NCBI RefSeq assembly: GCF_963921235.1
Contig: NC_086108.1
Coordinates: forward strand, 51,896,001 to 51,956,000
Direction: 5' to 3'
DNA: 60,000 nucleotides
Source: Mobula hypostoma
Lineage: Eukaryota
The translations under genes were made by a program, and so were the position numbers. A model generated the notes under the pieces. It was not told the origin of the DNA, did not search any database, and saw only the letters and a program-made list of their open reading frames with translations. This document shows, piece after piece, positions 1 through 12,404 of the stretch (position 1 is its first letter; every line of letters starts with the position of its first letter).

Positions 1-118
1 ATTTACAAAAAAATACAAATGTATAAAATCTACAACATACACAATGTACACAGTATTATCATACAGCACTTTGCAAGCTAATATACAGTAGGAGTGTTAC
101 AAATGTTAAAATACCACT

Positions 119-931
119 TGTCACGTACCCTGTGATGGGTTAAAGAACCAGCAGAAATGGCAAACACCTTGGAGTCTGGTATTGCTGTTAACTAGTGCTC
201 ATTTATTAGTAACTACGCAATACAGTAATATAAAATCAGATAAATCAAACAGGCTAGCAAAGTTCATGCATATATAAGTGTGGAAATATAAAAACCAAGC
301 TTCTTCAAGCCTAGGGGGTTAAATGGATACAGTCTCACGAAGATGGATAAATGAAATCAGTTCAGTTTGTGGTATTGAGTTGAGTAGTGATGGAGAGAGA
401 GAGGTGTCGTAGTTGTCCGAGTAAGCTGATGCCATCGACTATTCCGGTTGTCCTCCGAAACTTCCAAGTTAGCCAAACTTGACCAACTTAAGTGCACCAT
501 CTTCAAGTGATAGTCCACCAACCCAGGCAAAGGTTAGACACACGGGTAGACTCCACAGGGTCGCTCTTTCACGCACTAATAATCACAGATCGATCCCTCA
601 CAATTGATCCTCAGTCCCATAATTGTGGGCACCTGAACAATAGTGGTAACTTCACCACACCTTAGTGCGTCTGCGTGTCCTGTGAAACAAGCAATTACGC
701 TGGTTTAAATACTGTTGTGCTGAACACCAGCTGTCCATCAAGTAGCTCCTCTCTCTCTCTCTCTGTAGGAACTCAGAAGCTGGCAGTGTCCTTGCAGAAA
801 TCCCAAACAAACTGTGAGCAGTCTCCGTCTCTCCCTGTCCCTCTCCCTCGTTGTTTGTGCTGTACAGCTGCATGCTCTCTCTCTCTTTTTAAAAGCACAG
901 TCCATAATGAATAACTCAGGATATAGTCACA
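119..931 (-). mobile_element. 3' LTR of the adjacent Gypsy (Gmr1-type) element
   Basis: Minus strand begins TGTGAC (931) and ends GTGACA (119). AATAAA lies at 202-207 on the minus strand. It is preceded by a short purine-rich tract (AATGGAGTG) and lies directly downstream of the pol ORF. Confidence 0.65.
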
Positions 932-1019
932 CACTCCATTAAAAAAAATTACATTGTCTATCTAGATGTTGAATGTACAGTCAGCATTATCTTTACCTTT
1001 AATATGAGTTATCAAAATA

Positions 1020-2072
1020 TTATACTCCTGTAACATCAAACTTTGTTGCTGAATTGGAGTTTGATTTATTTCCATAACCATTTTCCTTAACCAAGCCCGG
1101 ACCAACAACATAACCAAGGTAAGTCACAGTGGCATGACCAAATTCACTTTTAGCTAAGTTAATAGTTAAGTTAGCTTTTGAAAGCCTTTCAAATAGCTTC
1201 TCCACTGCAGTAATATGTGCTTCCCAAGTATCATTTCCTGTAACTAAATAATCAATATAGGCATCTGTATCTGTTAACCCATGAATCACAGAATTCATCA
1301 TCTGCTGGAAAGTACCTGGTACATTCTTCATCCCAAAGGGAAGAACATTATATTCATATAACCCAGACGGGGTTACAAATGCAGAAATCTCTCTACCGCT
1401 ATCTGTCAATGGAACACACCAATAACCTTTTAACAAATCAATCTTTGTAAGGAACTTTGCTTTTCCCACTTTATCCACACAATGATCCACTCTAGGGATT
1501 GGATATGCATCAGTTTTTGTTACAGCGTTCACCTTCCTGTAATCTGTACAAAACCGAATACTACTGTCTGGCTTAGACTCCATAACACACGGTGAACTCC
1601 AATTTGAATTAGAAGGTCTAATAATATTATTCTCTAAAATATACTTAATTTCTTGTTCAGCAGGTTCACATTTTTCCATGTTCATCCGATATGGATGTTG
1701 CTTTATGGGTTTGGCATCTCTAACATCTACATCATGTGAAGCCACTGTGGTTCTTTTAGAAACCTCTGGAAATAAATCCCTATATTTAAAAATTAACTGC
1801 TTCATCTGCTGCCTCTGCTCTGGCTGTGAATGAGCTAATTTCTCTTCAATATTTTCCAGAATTGTTGAGTTTGGTAGCCTGGCAGAAATAATGTTGGGTT
1901 TAAAATGAGTTTCAGATGAATCATCCATTAAGTTCCTAGTGGGATCAGACTCATTATTATTCACCACAACAGTCATAGTAGCAGACTGTTTCTCATAATA
2001 TGGTTTTATCATATTTATATGACAAAGCTGTGTTGGTCTACTTTGATTTGGTGTTTTTATCACATAATCCAC
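1020..2072 (-). pseudogene. Ty3/Gypsy pol fragment, Gmr1-like order (integrase C-terminus followed by reverse transcriptase); RNase H missing
   Basis: RT motifs PIKQHPYRM, WSSPCV, RFCTDYRKVN, YPIPRVD, IDLLKGYW and PFGMKN are present, with catalytic YIDD mutated to YIDY. The N-terminal YVIKTP...LCHINMIKPY resembles the end of a Gypsy integrase. Confidence 0.88.
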
Positions 2073-2689
2073 ATCATACCTTCACAGTTTATCATAATGT
2101 TCTCATCAGCACTTTCGTTGCTCTTGCAGATCATGGACCCTCTTTTTCTTCCCCCCTCTGTACATTCAATATACTATCACCCAAGTTGCTGGCATATTCT
2201 CTTCAATAGACCCAAGTCCATACTGTCAGTCAAAAATGCCTTAAGTACTATTCAGTTCTGATGCTGCTGACTTACTGATGATACTTGGAAAAATAATTCT
2301 TTCTATAAATTTTGTTTACACTAAGCATAATCTTGAGTGACTCTTTGGGTTTAATTATGCAGTTGCAGAAAACTGCTCTTGTTCTTAATTCATTTAGTGA
2401 ACTTCATATTGCATCTCAGAAATATCTCAAATCTTTTCATATAAAAAAGATAAACCCTGAGATTCAGTAACATTTTGATAAAAGGTTGTTGACCTGAAAT
2501 CTTATTTTTGTTACCCTATCGTCAGATGTTACCTCATCTACAGGGTATTTGTCAGTAATCTGTATTTAATTATTGATTGATGAAAATTTTATACCCCTCT
2601 ATTAAGAAAGTCTGTCTTGATGAATGGTCTTGGCCCAAAACATCAACTGTTTTCATTTCTAAAGATGCTGTGTAATCGACTGAGTTTTA

Positions 2690-2945
2690 TTTAGAGATAC
2701 AGTGCAGAACAGGCCTTCAAGCCACACCACCCTGTAACTCACCTATTTAACCCTAGCTTAATCACAAGACAATTTACAATGCCCAATTAATATACTAACT
2801 GTTAGTCTTTAGACTGTGGGAGGAAACTGGAGCACATGGAGGAAACTCATGTTGTCATGGGGAGAAGGTACAAAATCCTTAAAGTCAGCTGCCAGAATTG
2901 TACTCTGAACTCCAATACCCCAAGCTGTGATAGTGTTGTGCAAAC
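2690..2945 (-). mobile_element. V-SINE (HE1-like), degenerate
   Basis: GACTGTGGGAGGAAACTGGAGCACATGGAGGAAACTCA is the reverse complement of the V-SINE central domain. Similar to the copy at 25050. Confidence 0.7.
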
Positions 2946-3083
2946 ATCCTCCAGCATTTTGTGTGAGTTACTCTGGGTTTCCAGCATTTTCAGAATCTTT
3001 TGTGTTTTTAAATTCTGGAGGAGTTTTTACCACAGATTTTTCACCACTTTATACCTCATTTTGTTTGTTAAAATTAGCAAATA

Positions 3084-5000
3084 CAGTGGATCTGATTAAT
3101 AGGGACACATTGGGATCAGTATGTTTTGGCCCAATTAAGCAGCTGCCCAATTAGCTGGTTTCATGGAAATAGTTAAAAAAGGTATATTAAAAAAAAGACA
3201 AACTACTGTTTAACTGAGTAGCAAATATGTATTTAAATGAAATACAGAACAAATTACACCACTACAATACTATAAAACTGTGTAATTCTTCCTAATGGCT
3301 ACCATCAGAGAAATTTGAGTGTACACTGCTGTTCTTTTGATTGACTCTAAATGAACAAAATCAGTGCAGATACCTAGTGCAGATAATAGACAGCCTCATA
3401 AAATGCTTTTGACGATTGTATCCTCCAAATCTTAATTTTCATTGTAACATTCAAGATGATTGTGGATACCTTCAAATTCTTTGTAGTTCCTAACTTGTTT
3501 AAGTGGTAAAATTGTTTCATTTTTGCTCCTGACCATTTCGGGAAACCCAAGCTTGAATGCTTGAAACTGTGGTGTGCAAAATGGTCCTGAATTGTCTTGC
3601 TGCTTATTTCTCACCAGCTACCACTGACTGTGAAAGGTTAACCCTTGCACTCAGTTATTCAGCTGTTGAAGAAGATGCAAGTAGATTTTCTTTGTTGCTT
3701 TGAGAATGTGGTACACCAAATTTCCATGATACAATGTCTTTTTTATGATTCCCATATCCATTGGCTGCACCAAGGATATTGTATTGGCAGGCAGAAATTT
3801 CATCTGTGCGTTCCTCAAACATTCTACATTGGGGTGTGCTGCACAATTGTCAGCAAGCAGAAGAACTTTGCTTGGTTTCCGCTGTAGCTCCATATCTGAA
3901 TTCATCAATCAGCCACTTCTTAAAGATTTCAGAAGTCTTCCATGCATTTTATTAGCATAATACTCGATTGATAAACTATCCATTCTTCTCCCCTTAGAGC
4001 ATCAAGGTTTAACGCTTTTCCCAAAAACAACAATTTCCTTTCATCAGTTCCTGATGTATTTGAACAACACAGCACAGTTATATGATCAGTTGCTTTCTTT
4101 GAACCCGATAGTGTTACATGTTTGTAGCAAAGGGAACAATTTAGTACAGTGTGATTTTTAAAAAAGGCCTATTTCATTGACATTGTGAATATCATCTGCA
4201 CAAAATTTTTGAAACAAGTTGGGGAGTTTGTAGATCCTTGTGTTTTTGTACTTACAACATCAGCACTACCTTTCTCAGTATGTGCTTTCTTGAATTTAAT
4301 ATGATGCCTATTGAGAAAACCAGCCATCTGTTGCTTTAAAATCTTTGTGACCCAGCTTCTTGGCTAGCTATTCTTGTTTGTTTTTTTTAACATTGGTCCA
4401 TTGACATGCACACCTTGTCCAGTTACAATGGAAAGCTATTGATTGAGAGCCTCTTCAACATGTGGACCCCCTTAACTTTACATTTTAATTTTTGGGATGT
4501 TCCCTGTTGTCCCTCTCATAATGCGCATTCTTCTCGCAGTTTATCTTGCTGATGTATCAAGCATGCAATTGTAGATTTCGGCACTCCAGTTATATTTTCT
4601 AGCTGATGATGGCGAATAGCTTTTAATTTGGTCCAGTCAGGTTATTTTTTCAGCTAGTGTCAAATCTTTTCATGGCACCTCGGCAAGGGTCTCAAAAATT
4701 TTTTTTGATGTCAAAATAAAATAGATGTCAAAAATCACTGCTTTTTGAATCGGCGTTCATTGGCCCAAATAGCTAATGTAACACAAGCATACACGACTGT
4801 TCGCTGTAAGCTCGGTGCAGTGTCTAACAACCACACAAGTGCATGTGACTGACCATCTCCTGCCCCAATTAAGCGGCATATTTCCCAAATAAAAGAAGGG
4901 AATCCTGGCTATTTTTGCAATTTGTTTTTGATCTTTAAGAGTTCTCCCAAATAACCAGCTGCTTTGATTACTTGATAGCCCAATTAACCAGAATTCACTG
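3084..5000 (-). mobile_element. pogo/Tigger DNA transposon, decayed, approximately full length
   Basis: TA then CAGTGGATCTGATTAATAGGG at the left and CCCAATTAACCAGAATTCACTG at the right form imperfect TIRs. ORF 3651-3908 has pogo DDE motifs LLADNCAAH, FLPANT and QPMDMGII. Confidence 0.85.
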
Positions 5001-5106
5001 CAAAGGAATGTTAAACCAGGGGCCTTTTTTAGCACCACGGACCGGTTTAATATTGACAGTATTCTTGCAGACTGACCGGTGGGTGGGGCGGGGGGTGGTG
5101 TTCAAG

Positions 5107-6933
5107 TAGGGTTAAACTCAGCTCAACATATCTTTTACAGTTAGGGTTGCCAACTTTCTCACTGCCAAATAAGGGACAAAAGTAGCAGTCAAATACGGGA
5201 CACTTGTGTTTACCCTGAGAAAGACTACCATGACCATGAAGCCTTGCGCGGGTACCCGTGTGCTCATGCGTGACGTGCGCGTATGTGACATGTGCATGTG
5301 CATACGTGCCAATTTTTTCCCCACAAATCGGTTTTGGCTTAATCTTCCCGACTACACTGTACATACATTATTTCTGCTTTATATAGGCTGTGTCTTTATC
5401 ATATCATTCCTGCTTTTACTACAAACCCCATTGCCAGAAAAGTTGGGATATTTTCCAAAATGCCATAAAAACAAAAATCTGTGATATGTTAATTCACGTG
5501 AACCTTTATTTAACTGACAAAAGTACAAAGAAAAGATTTTCAATAGTTTTACTGACCAACTTAATTGTATTTTGTAAATATACACAAATTTAGAATCTGA
5601 TGGCTAAAAAACACTCAACAAAAGTTGGGATAGAGTTAAAATAAGATTGAAAAGTGCACAGAAAAGTCATGCTAATGTGACAATTATAGCCACCTGGGCT
5701 CGGGAGTACTTCGGAAAACCATTGTCACTCAACACAGTCCGACGCTGCATCCAGAAATGCAACTTGAAACTGTATTACGCAAGGAGGAAGCCATACATCA
5801 ACTCTATGCAGAAACGCTGGCGAGTTCTCTGGGCCCGAGCTCATCTCAGATGGACTGAAAGACTGTGGAACCGTGTGCTGTGGTCAGATGAGTCCACATT
5901 TCAGCTAGTTTTCAGAAAAACGGGCGTTGAGTTCTCCATGCCAAAGATGAAAACAACAATCCAGATTGTTATCAGCGAAAGGTGCAAAAGCCAGCATCTG
6001 TGATGGTATGGGGGTACATCAGTGCCCACGGCATGGGTGAGTTGCATGTATGTGAAGGTACCATTGACTCTGAGGCGTATATTAGGATTTTAGAGAGACA
6101 TATGTTGCCATCAAGGCGACGTCTCTTCCCGGGACGTCCATGCTTATTTCAGCAGGACAATGCCAGACCACATTCTGCATGGGCTACAACAGCGTGGCTT
6201 TGTAGGCACAGAGTGCGTGTGCTTGACTGGCCTGCTGCCAGTCCAGATCTATCTCCTATTGAAAATGTATGGTGCATCATGAAGAGGAGACTCAGACAAC
6301 GGAGACCACGGACCGTTAAGCAGCTGAAGTCTTGTATCAAGCAAGGATGGACAAAATTTACAATTGTAAATCTACAATTAGTATCCTCAGTTCCAAAACG
6401 ATTAAAGTGTGTTATTAAAAGGAAAGGTGATGTAACACAATGGTAAACATGCCTCTGTCCCAACTTTTGTTGAGTGTGTTGCAGCCATCAAATTCTAAAT
6501 TTGTATATGTTTACAAAATACAATTAAGTTGGTCAGTAAAACTACTGAAAATCTTTTCTTTGTACTTTTGTCAGTTAAATAAAGGTTCACGTGAATTAAC
6601 ATATCACAGATTTTTGTTTTTATTGCATTTTGGAAAATATCTCAACTTTTCTGGAAATCGGGTTTGGTATATGTTAGTGTTATTTTAGGTTTTATGTGTT
6701 ATTTGGTATGATTTGGTAGGTTATCTTTTGGGTCTGGGAATGCTCAAAAATGTTTCCCATATAAATTAATGGTAATTACTTCTTCGCTTTACGCCATTTC
6801 CGCACGAAAAGTTTCATAGGAAAGCTGTACCTTAGCAGCGGAAATACTGGACAAGGGCGGTCCTGTATGGGACAAACCAATTTAGCCCAATATACGGGAT
6901 GTCCTGGCAAATACAGGACAGTTGGCAACCCTA
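5107..6933. mobile_element. hAT-type element nested in E1 (TAGGGTT TIRs)
   Basis: TAGGGTT at 5107, TAGGGTTGCCAAC at 5142 and GTTGGCAACCCTA at 6921-6933; perfect 8-bp TSD TGTTCAAG at 5099-5106 and 6934-6941. Confidence 0.75.
5422..6667 (+). mobile_element. Tc1 transposon copy A, internally deleted and frameshifted
   Basis: TA-flanked ~200-bp TIRs (CAAACCCC..). Transposase fragments contain WSDES, FQQDNARPH and SPDLSPIENVW. Same family as 30880-32483 but lacking about 355 bp that include the start codon. Confidence 0.93.
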
Positions 6934-7861
6934 TGTTCAAGTTCAACAGTGCGTGACAGGAAATGAGGAAAGGTGCAGCTGACTCATATCGTTTCCTCAC
7001 GGCCCGGTAGCACATGCTTTGCGTCCGGTACCAGTCCGTAGCCCAGTGGTTCAGGACTGCTGTGTTGAAGTATGCCACATTTAAAGAGGATTTTATTGTA
7101 AAACATGTACTTGAATGATTATGTGTATTGCCTTTAGCAGAATAGAAAAATATAATTTCTGTTAACTCTTAGTAGGTTACGTGGAAAGACAATTTGAATG
7201 TTTCTTTAGATTGTGATCTTCATGTTTTGCAAAACCATCCCTGCTGAAACATTGATGTGTCCGATCCTTCCCTGGATTTTGCTTAACCTGATGAGTATCT
7301 GCCTGTGTATTTTTCAGTTTCTTTAGTTTTCCAGTATCTCAATTTTTGCTTCACATATATTATACTGCCATTTCTTATGGTCTTTATTGTTCTTTGCATA
7401 GATTATATCCCCATGTTCTGCAAAAACACTAGTAGAAAAATATAAAAAAAGCAAGCAGATTCTCAATAAACAGAATTAAAGTAATATTATTGTAGTCAGT
7501 TTAACTTTTACTGAGCAGGGTGTCTGAAGAGGATAAAGGGGAATATTGATATTTATTCATGACTCCAGAAGCACTTCAGTCATGAGATAAAAATGGAAAA
7601 AAACTGATATTGATGTGAGTACAAACTTACTAAGTCAGGAGAAAGTGATACTGCTTTTTCTGATCCTCCTAACTCCCAATGGCATTTCTTATATCTTTCT
7701 GTAATCAATGACATCATTACCAAGGGAACACTCAAGTAAAAGGCTTCTGGAAAAGCTTTGCAAAAATGTGCACATAGAGGAAATAATTCCTATCTTGCAA
7801 AAATGCCTCATGCATTCTATGCAGTGATGATCTATAGAATTTGTTTGCCTATGTGCCTCAG

Positions 7862-7908
7862 TCCATATACTCATCTTGATCAGAAAGGTGGTTTACCTCG
7901 ACAAGAAG
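7862..7908 (+). CDS. Candidate small internal exon of an unidentified host gene
   Basis: Consensus donor AAG|GTAAGT at 7909 and a weak acceptor TGCCTCAG. Open frame PYTHLDQKGGLPRQE in non-repetitive sequence. Confidence 0.25.
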
Positions 7909-9510
7909 GTAAGTATTCTTCTAATGCTGATTTTGATGTCTGTGGCAGAAACCTTAGACCAAGTATGCCTGCCCGGGGATGAGCCCCTGAGAGGCAGTAG
8001 CTGCTTGATTATTAGATTAATGTGCCTGTGTGTATCAGTTACACAATATGCTCAGATCATTGTGAAAAGATGCTGAATAATTGATGGAGATGGAGCTGCA
8101 AACATTACTTTCAAAATTTTCTTTCTGAGTGATCCTGACTTCTGACTTATTCTTCCTTTGTTCCTTTTTAAATGTTACTCACTTGGGACTAGGCATATGA
8201 TACACACCAGTAAGGAATGCTCAGCAAGCCATTTCCTGCTGTGATTTTGTTCTGGATCACATGCCCTTCCAAGAATGGTTCTTGATGTTAAATTTTGTAG
8301 TTATAAAATCTCAAGTGTTTTTTGGCTTGTGAAAAGTAATGGGTAATTAATAGCCAATTGGAAAATAAAAGCAGTCATTAGTCCATTCCAGAACTCCCCA
8401 TACAAACAAGAATTTCATTTGGTAGCAATCCATTCAACTGATGGGGACTGTCTTGTGCTGTGAACACAGGCTGAAATGCTGTGAGACAAAATATGCTGTA
8501 ATCACAGTTAATATGATGATGGTACTGTACTCATGTACAACAGTTCCTGTTGTCAGCCAGGCAGGGCTGCACACTTGAGCTCTACAGAAGTAGCAGAATC
8601 AGAAAGATTTATCAATAGCAGTCTTAGTAGAAAGGGCTAAATCGGCCATTTCATTTATGCAGCTTATCTCCAGGAGAAGAATGCGAATGCTGCAAGTGAC
8701 TTTCTGAAACTGACTAGAGCAGAGAATAGATCTTGAGGGGAAGGGAAGGCTTGCTAGTCAACATATATTCAGCACTGGGCAAAAACTGCTCTCAGCACAA
8801 TCTTAAACAGCTTTTTAACAGCTGTATGATTCAAGGACATTTTTTACAAACAGTACAGGGGGCAAAGTGTCACTGCTGAACAAACAAATTAAGACTGGTT
8901 CCAATTAGATAATTTTGAGGGCAATTTAGGTTTTCTGCTGGTGGTTGGCAAGTTCCATAATGGTGTGATATAGCCCGAGTAACTAATAATTGAGAGCAAT
9001 TGATGTTCTCATCCAGGTAGTATGTACTTTACATAATCAAAGCTTCTGCAAAGAAAGCATAAAGCTAATAAATGTGATTTGCTATTATTGCAAAAGTTTA
9101 AAATTTGTGTAAGGTAAGCATTTAAAATATGCTTTAGTCTTTTTTTTTTGGGGGGGGGAATGATTATGACCAGTTCTGAGTTCTGATTCTTTGATCTGTT
9201 GCAGCAATTTTGAGAACCCTCTAAATCTACATGTGAAATTTTACTTAAATATCATGCTTCTCAGTACATGAAGTCACAGTTGTAATTATTTTTTGAAAGG
9301 GGTGTATGTAAGCCAATTAATCAGAAAAGATCTTTAGTATATCTTTGATTAAAATAGTTTTAAAACTTGGACTTAAATTTACGATGTGCCCTTTTTGAAT
9401 CTGAGTTTTGAATTTCAGGACTGAGGTAAAACTCATAAGAAGATATTGCAACACACATAAAAGTTGCTGGTGAACGCAGCAGGTCAGGCAGCATCTCTAG
9501 GAAGAGGTGC

Positions 9511-9546
9511 AGTCGACGTTTCAGGCCGAGACCCTTCGTCAGGACT
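9511..9546 (-). ncRNA. Minimal type I hammerhead ribozyme
   Basis: Minus strand reads AGTC-CTGACGA-AGG GTCTCGG CCT-GAAA-CGTC-GACT: CUGANGA and GAAA cores, stem I AGTC/GACT, stem II AGG/CCT, GUC cleavage triplet. Confidence 0.85.
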
Positions 9547-10365
9547 AACTGAAGGAAGAGTGAGTAAGGGATTTGAAAGTTGGAGGGGGAGGGGGAGATC
9601 CAAAATGATAGAAGACAGGAGGGGGAGGGATGGAGCCAAGAGCTGGACAGGTGATAGGCAAAAGGGATACGAGAGGATCATGGGACAGGAGGTCTGGGAA
9701 GAAAGACAAGGAGGTGGGGGAGGGACCCAGAGGATGGGCAAGGGGTATATTCAGAGGGACAGAGGGAGAAAAAGGAGAGTGAGAGAAAGTGTGTATAAAA
9801 ATAAGTAACAGATGGGGTACGAGGGGGAGGTGGGGCATTAGCGGAAGTTAGAGAAGTCGATGTTCATGCCATCAGTTTGGAGGCTACCCAGACGGAATAT
9901 AAGGTGTTGTTCCTCCAACCTGAGTGTGGCTTCATCTTTACAGTAGAGGAGGCCGTGGATAGACATGTCAGAATGGGATGTGGAATTAAAATGTGTGGCC
10001 ACTGGGAGATCCTGCTTATATTCCGTCTGGGTAGCCTCCAACCTGATGGCATGAACATCAACTTCTCTAACTTCCGCTAATGTCCCACCTCCCCCTCGTA
10101 CCCCATCTGTTACTTATTTTTACACACACATTCTTTCTCTCACTCTCCTTTTTCTCCCTTCCCTCTGAATATACCCCTTGCCCATCCTCTGGGTCCCCCC
10201 CCCACCTCCTTGTCTTTCTTCCCGGACCTCCGGTCCCATGATCCTCTCGTATCCCTTTTGCCTATCACCTGTCCAGCTCTTGGCTCCATCCCTCCCCCTC
10301 CTATCATTTTGGATCTCCCCCTCCCCCTCCAACTTTCAAATCCCTTACTCACTCTTCCTTTAGTT

Positions 10366-10401
10366 AGTTCTGACGAAGGGTCTCAGCCTGAAACGTCGAC
10401 T
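10366..10401 (+). ncRNA. Minimal type I hammerhead ribozyme
   Basis: AGTT-CTGACGA-AGG GTCTCAG CCT-GAAA-CGTC-GACT; core intact, one U-G wobble in stem I. Confidence 0.8.
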
Positions 10402-12404
10402 GCACCTCTTCCTAGAGATGCTGCCTGGTCTGCTGCGTTCACCGGCAACTTTTATGTGTGTTGCTTGAATTTCCAGCATCTGGAGAATTCCTGTTGTTTG
10501 CGTAAGAAAATTTTGCAATACTGTATCTCCCACGTTTCAAGAGGTTGTTATGAAAGACATTAAGGTAGCATTTGAGAGGCAAAGAAGGGAAATCCAGAAC
10601 TTAAGGGCTTTGGCACTTGAAGGTACGACCATCAGATATGCAACAATTAAATCTGGAATGACTAGGAGTTTAGAATTTAAGATATGTTGGAATCTCAGAG
10701 GCTTACGGAGCTGATGAAATTACAAAGATTAGGCTGGAGAGACCATGGAAAGATTTGAAAGCTGGGATAAGAAATATAAAATTGTGATACGGCTTATGTA
10801 AGGCCCTGTATGGATTAGCAAACAAGAATTATGGTAAATCCGGGGACTTATTTTCAGTTATGACATAAACTACGAACATTTCAATGACTTAAAGTTTATG
10901 GTGAGTAGAATGGAGCAGGGCAAACAGTTGGAATAATTGAGACAGTGAAAATACCATGCAGTTCTTGATCCTCCTAATAGTTTGTGTCTCAGAGTTAGAT
11001 TCTTGCTGCACAGTATCGTAATCCTCCTTCCTCACCTTCTCGATCATGTATCACCCTCAGAGTAAAGTTTTTTTTTATATAAGTTTAAAAATAGTTTTCA
11101 CTTGAAATTTGCCGTGTTTAGTAAGTAATATTCCATACTCACTCTGCCTATAAGATTTAAGACTTTATGTACTGCAATGAGCTCACTTCCCTTTAAGTAA
11201 TCCATCATCTGCCTGTATATTTTGCCATCCAGGCATCAGATTTGAACCCTTTTTATGGAGATCTGCCAAACCTATTATAAATTTCTCTTTGAGGTATTTA
11301 AGTGCATTCTAGTGATGGAGACAGCTCTAAAGTTTGATGCTTTCTGTTCTTGCCAGTAAACATCAGTCCTTTCTTGCCAGTAAAAATACTTCTCAGGACC
11401 TATTCTTAGTCCTGACTGCAGACATAAATCAAAAACAAAATAAAACTGCCCTTTTATTCAACACACTGAATTATGATTTGGTTTCATTAAAGTCAATTTA
11501 AGAAAGATTTTAAACTTGGCTAGGAATTAAAATATTACACAAGTGCAAAGCAGGACAGAGAACTTGTGTTCTGCTCCTAGTTTGGACCACTCTTTTATTT
11601 GTAGGAAATATTTAAAAGATCTATAGGAAGTCTTGCCTGGGGACAACACAACAGACTGGAAACCCAGGAAAACAGAGTCTACATTTAATGGATCATTCAC
11701 TTTAATGGTTGGAATATTGTAGGCAATACCTCAGAAATGCTAATTCAAACATAGTCCAGTTCCAAGGAACTTCAATGAACACATATGTAAATGTGCACTA
11801 AAAATAAAAAAAAGTGACTTTTGGATTCTACCAATGCAAACCCTAATCTAATTTACCAGAGATAATTCAATAACCTGAAAATGAACTGGCATTCATCATG
11901 CTTTGTAATATTGCAATAATGAACTACATTAAATTGCATTTAAACCTTTTATTATATTTTGGCTTTCCTGGCCAGAAGCAATGTGAGCACTTTATCTAAT
12001 TGCTTCCTGTGCATGATGACTGGAAGGCACACTGCAGTTTTACAGAGGCCAAGGGAGAATTAAGAGCTGCATTACCAGACATTTAAACTGGTGCATATAT
12101 CTTGGTTAATACAATCGTTTAAAAAAACGTTCTTTGTTTCCAAGTAGACTGTATGGCAAGTTCCTTTGTTTGAAGAATATTAGTGAACTAGGAACTGTCT
12201 GAAGAGATCTGACTACTTCCATATTTTTTTTCAGAGCCATTTGCAACTAGCTATTTGAATTCCTAAACATTGAGTGTCTAATCGAACATAATTGCTAGGA
12301 TACCATGTCAAACAAAATAACACTGTTTCTACTTCAGAAGTAATTTATTCACTGACAATTATTTCAGAGAAAACCATCTAATAAAATAGCAACCTAATAA
12401 TCAG

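Larger units (their letters stand above)
5017..7062 (+). mobile_element. Non-autonomous hAT (Charlie-like) composite element E1
   Basis: Ends CAGGGG.. and ..TGGTTCAGGACTGCTG; imperfect 8-bp TSD TGTTAAAC (5009-5016) / TGTTGAAG (7063-7070). Subterminal sequences match the elements at 21468 and 34233. Confidence 0.75.
9452..10500. mobile_element. Palindromic Penelope-like insertion P1
   Basis: Left arm ~9448-9903 is the reverse complement of right arm 10015-10463, with a 111-bp spacer. It encodes the GIY-YIG C-terminus (LPVATHFNS..EEQHLIFRLGSLQ). The tail is on the right only. Degenerate TSD CATAAGAAGATATTGCAA (9434-9451) / CGTAAGAAAATTTTGCAA (10501-10518). Confidence 0.9.

Noticed and set aside
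2610..2690. Further hammerhead-like traces (also ~27010-27045 and 27220-27255)
   Set aside because: Core bases or stems are mutated; these are decayed PLE ends and were not called as ribozymes.
9464..10563. Recurrent ORFs such as MLVNAAGQAAS.. and MPILWV.. (also at 33011-33389 and 35443-36897) as a small gene family
   Set aside because: They are translations of the Penelope 3' non-coding region and its inverted copy.
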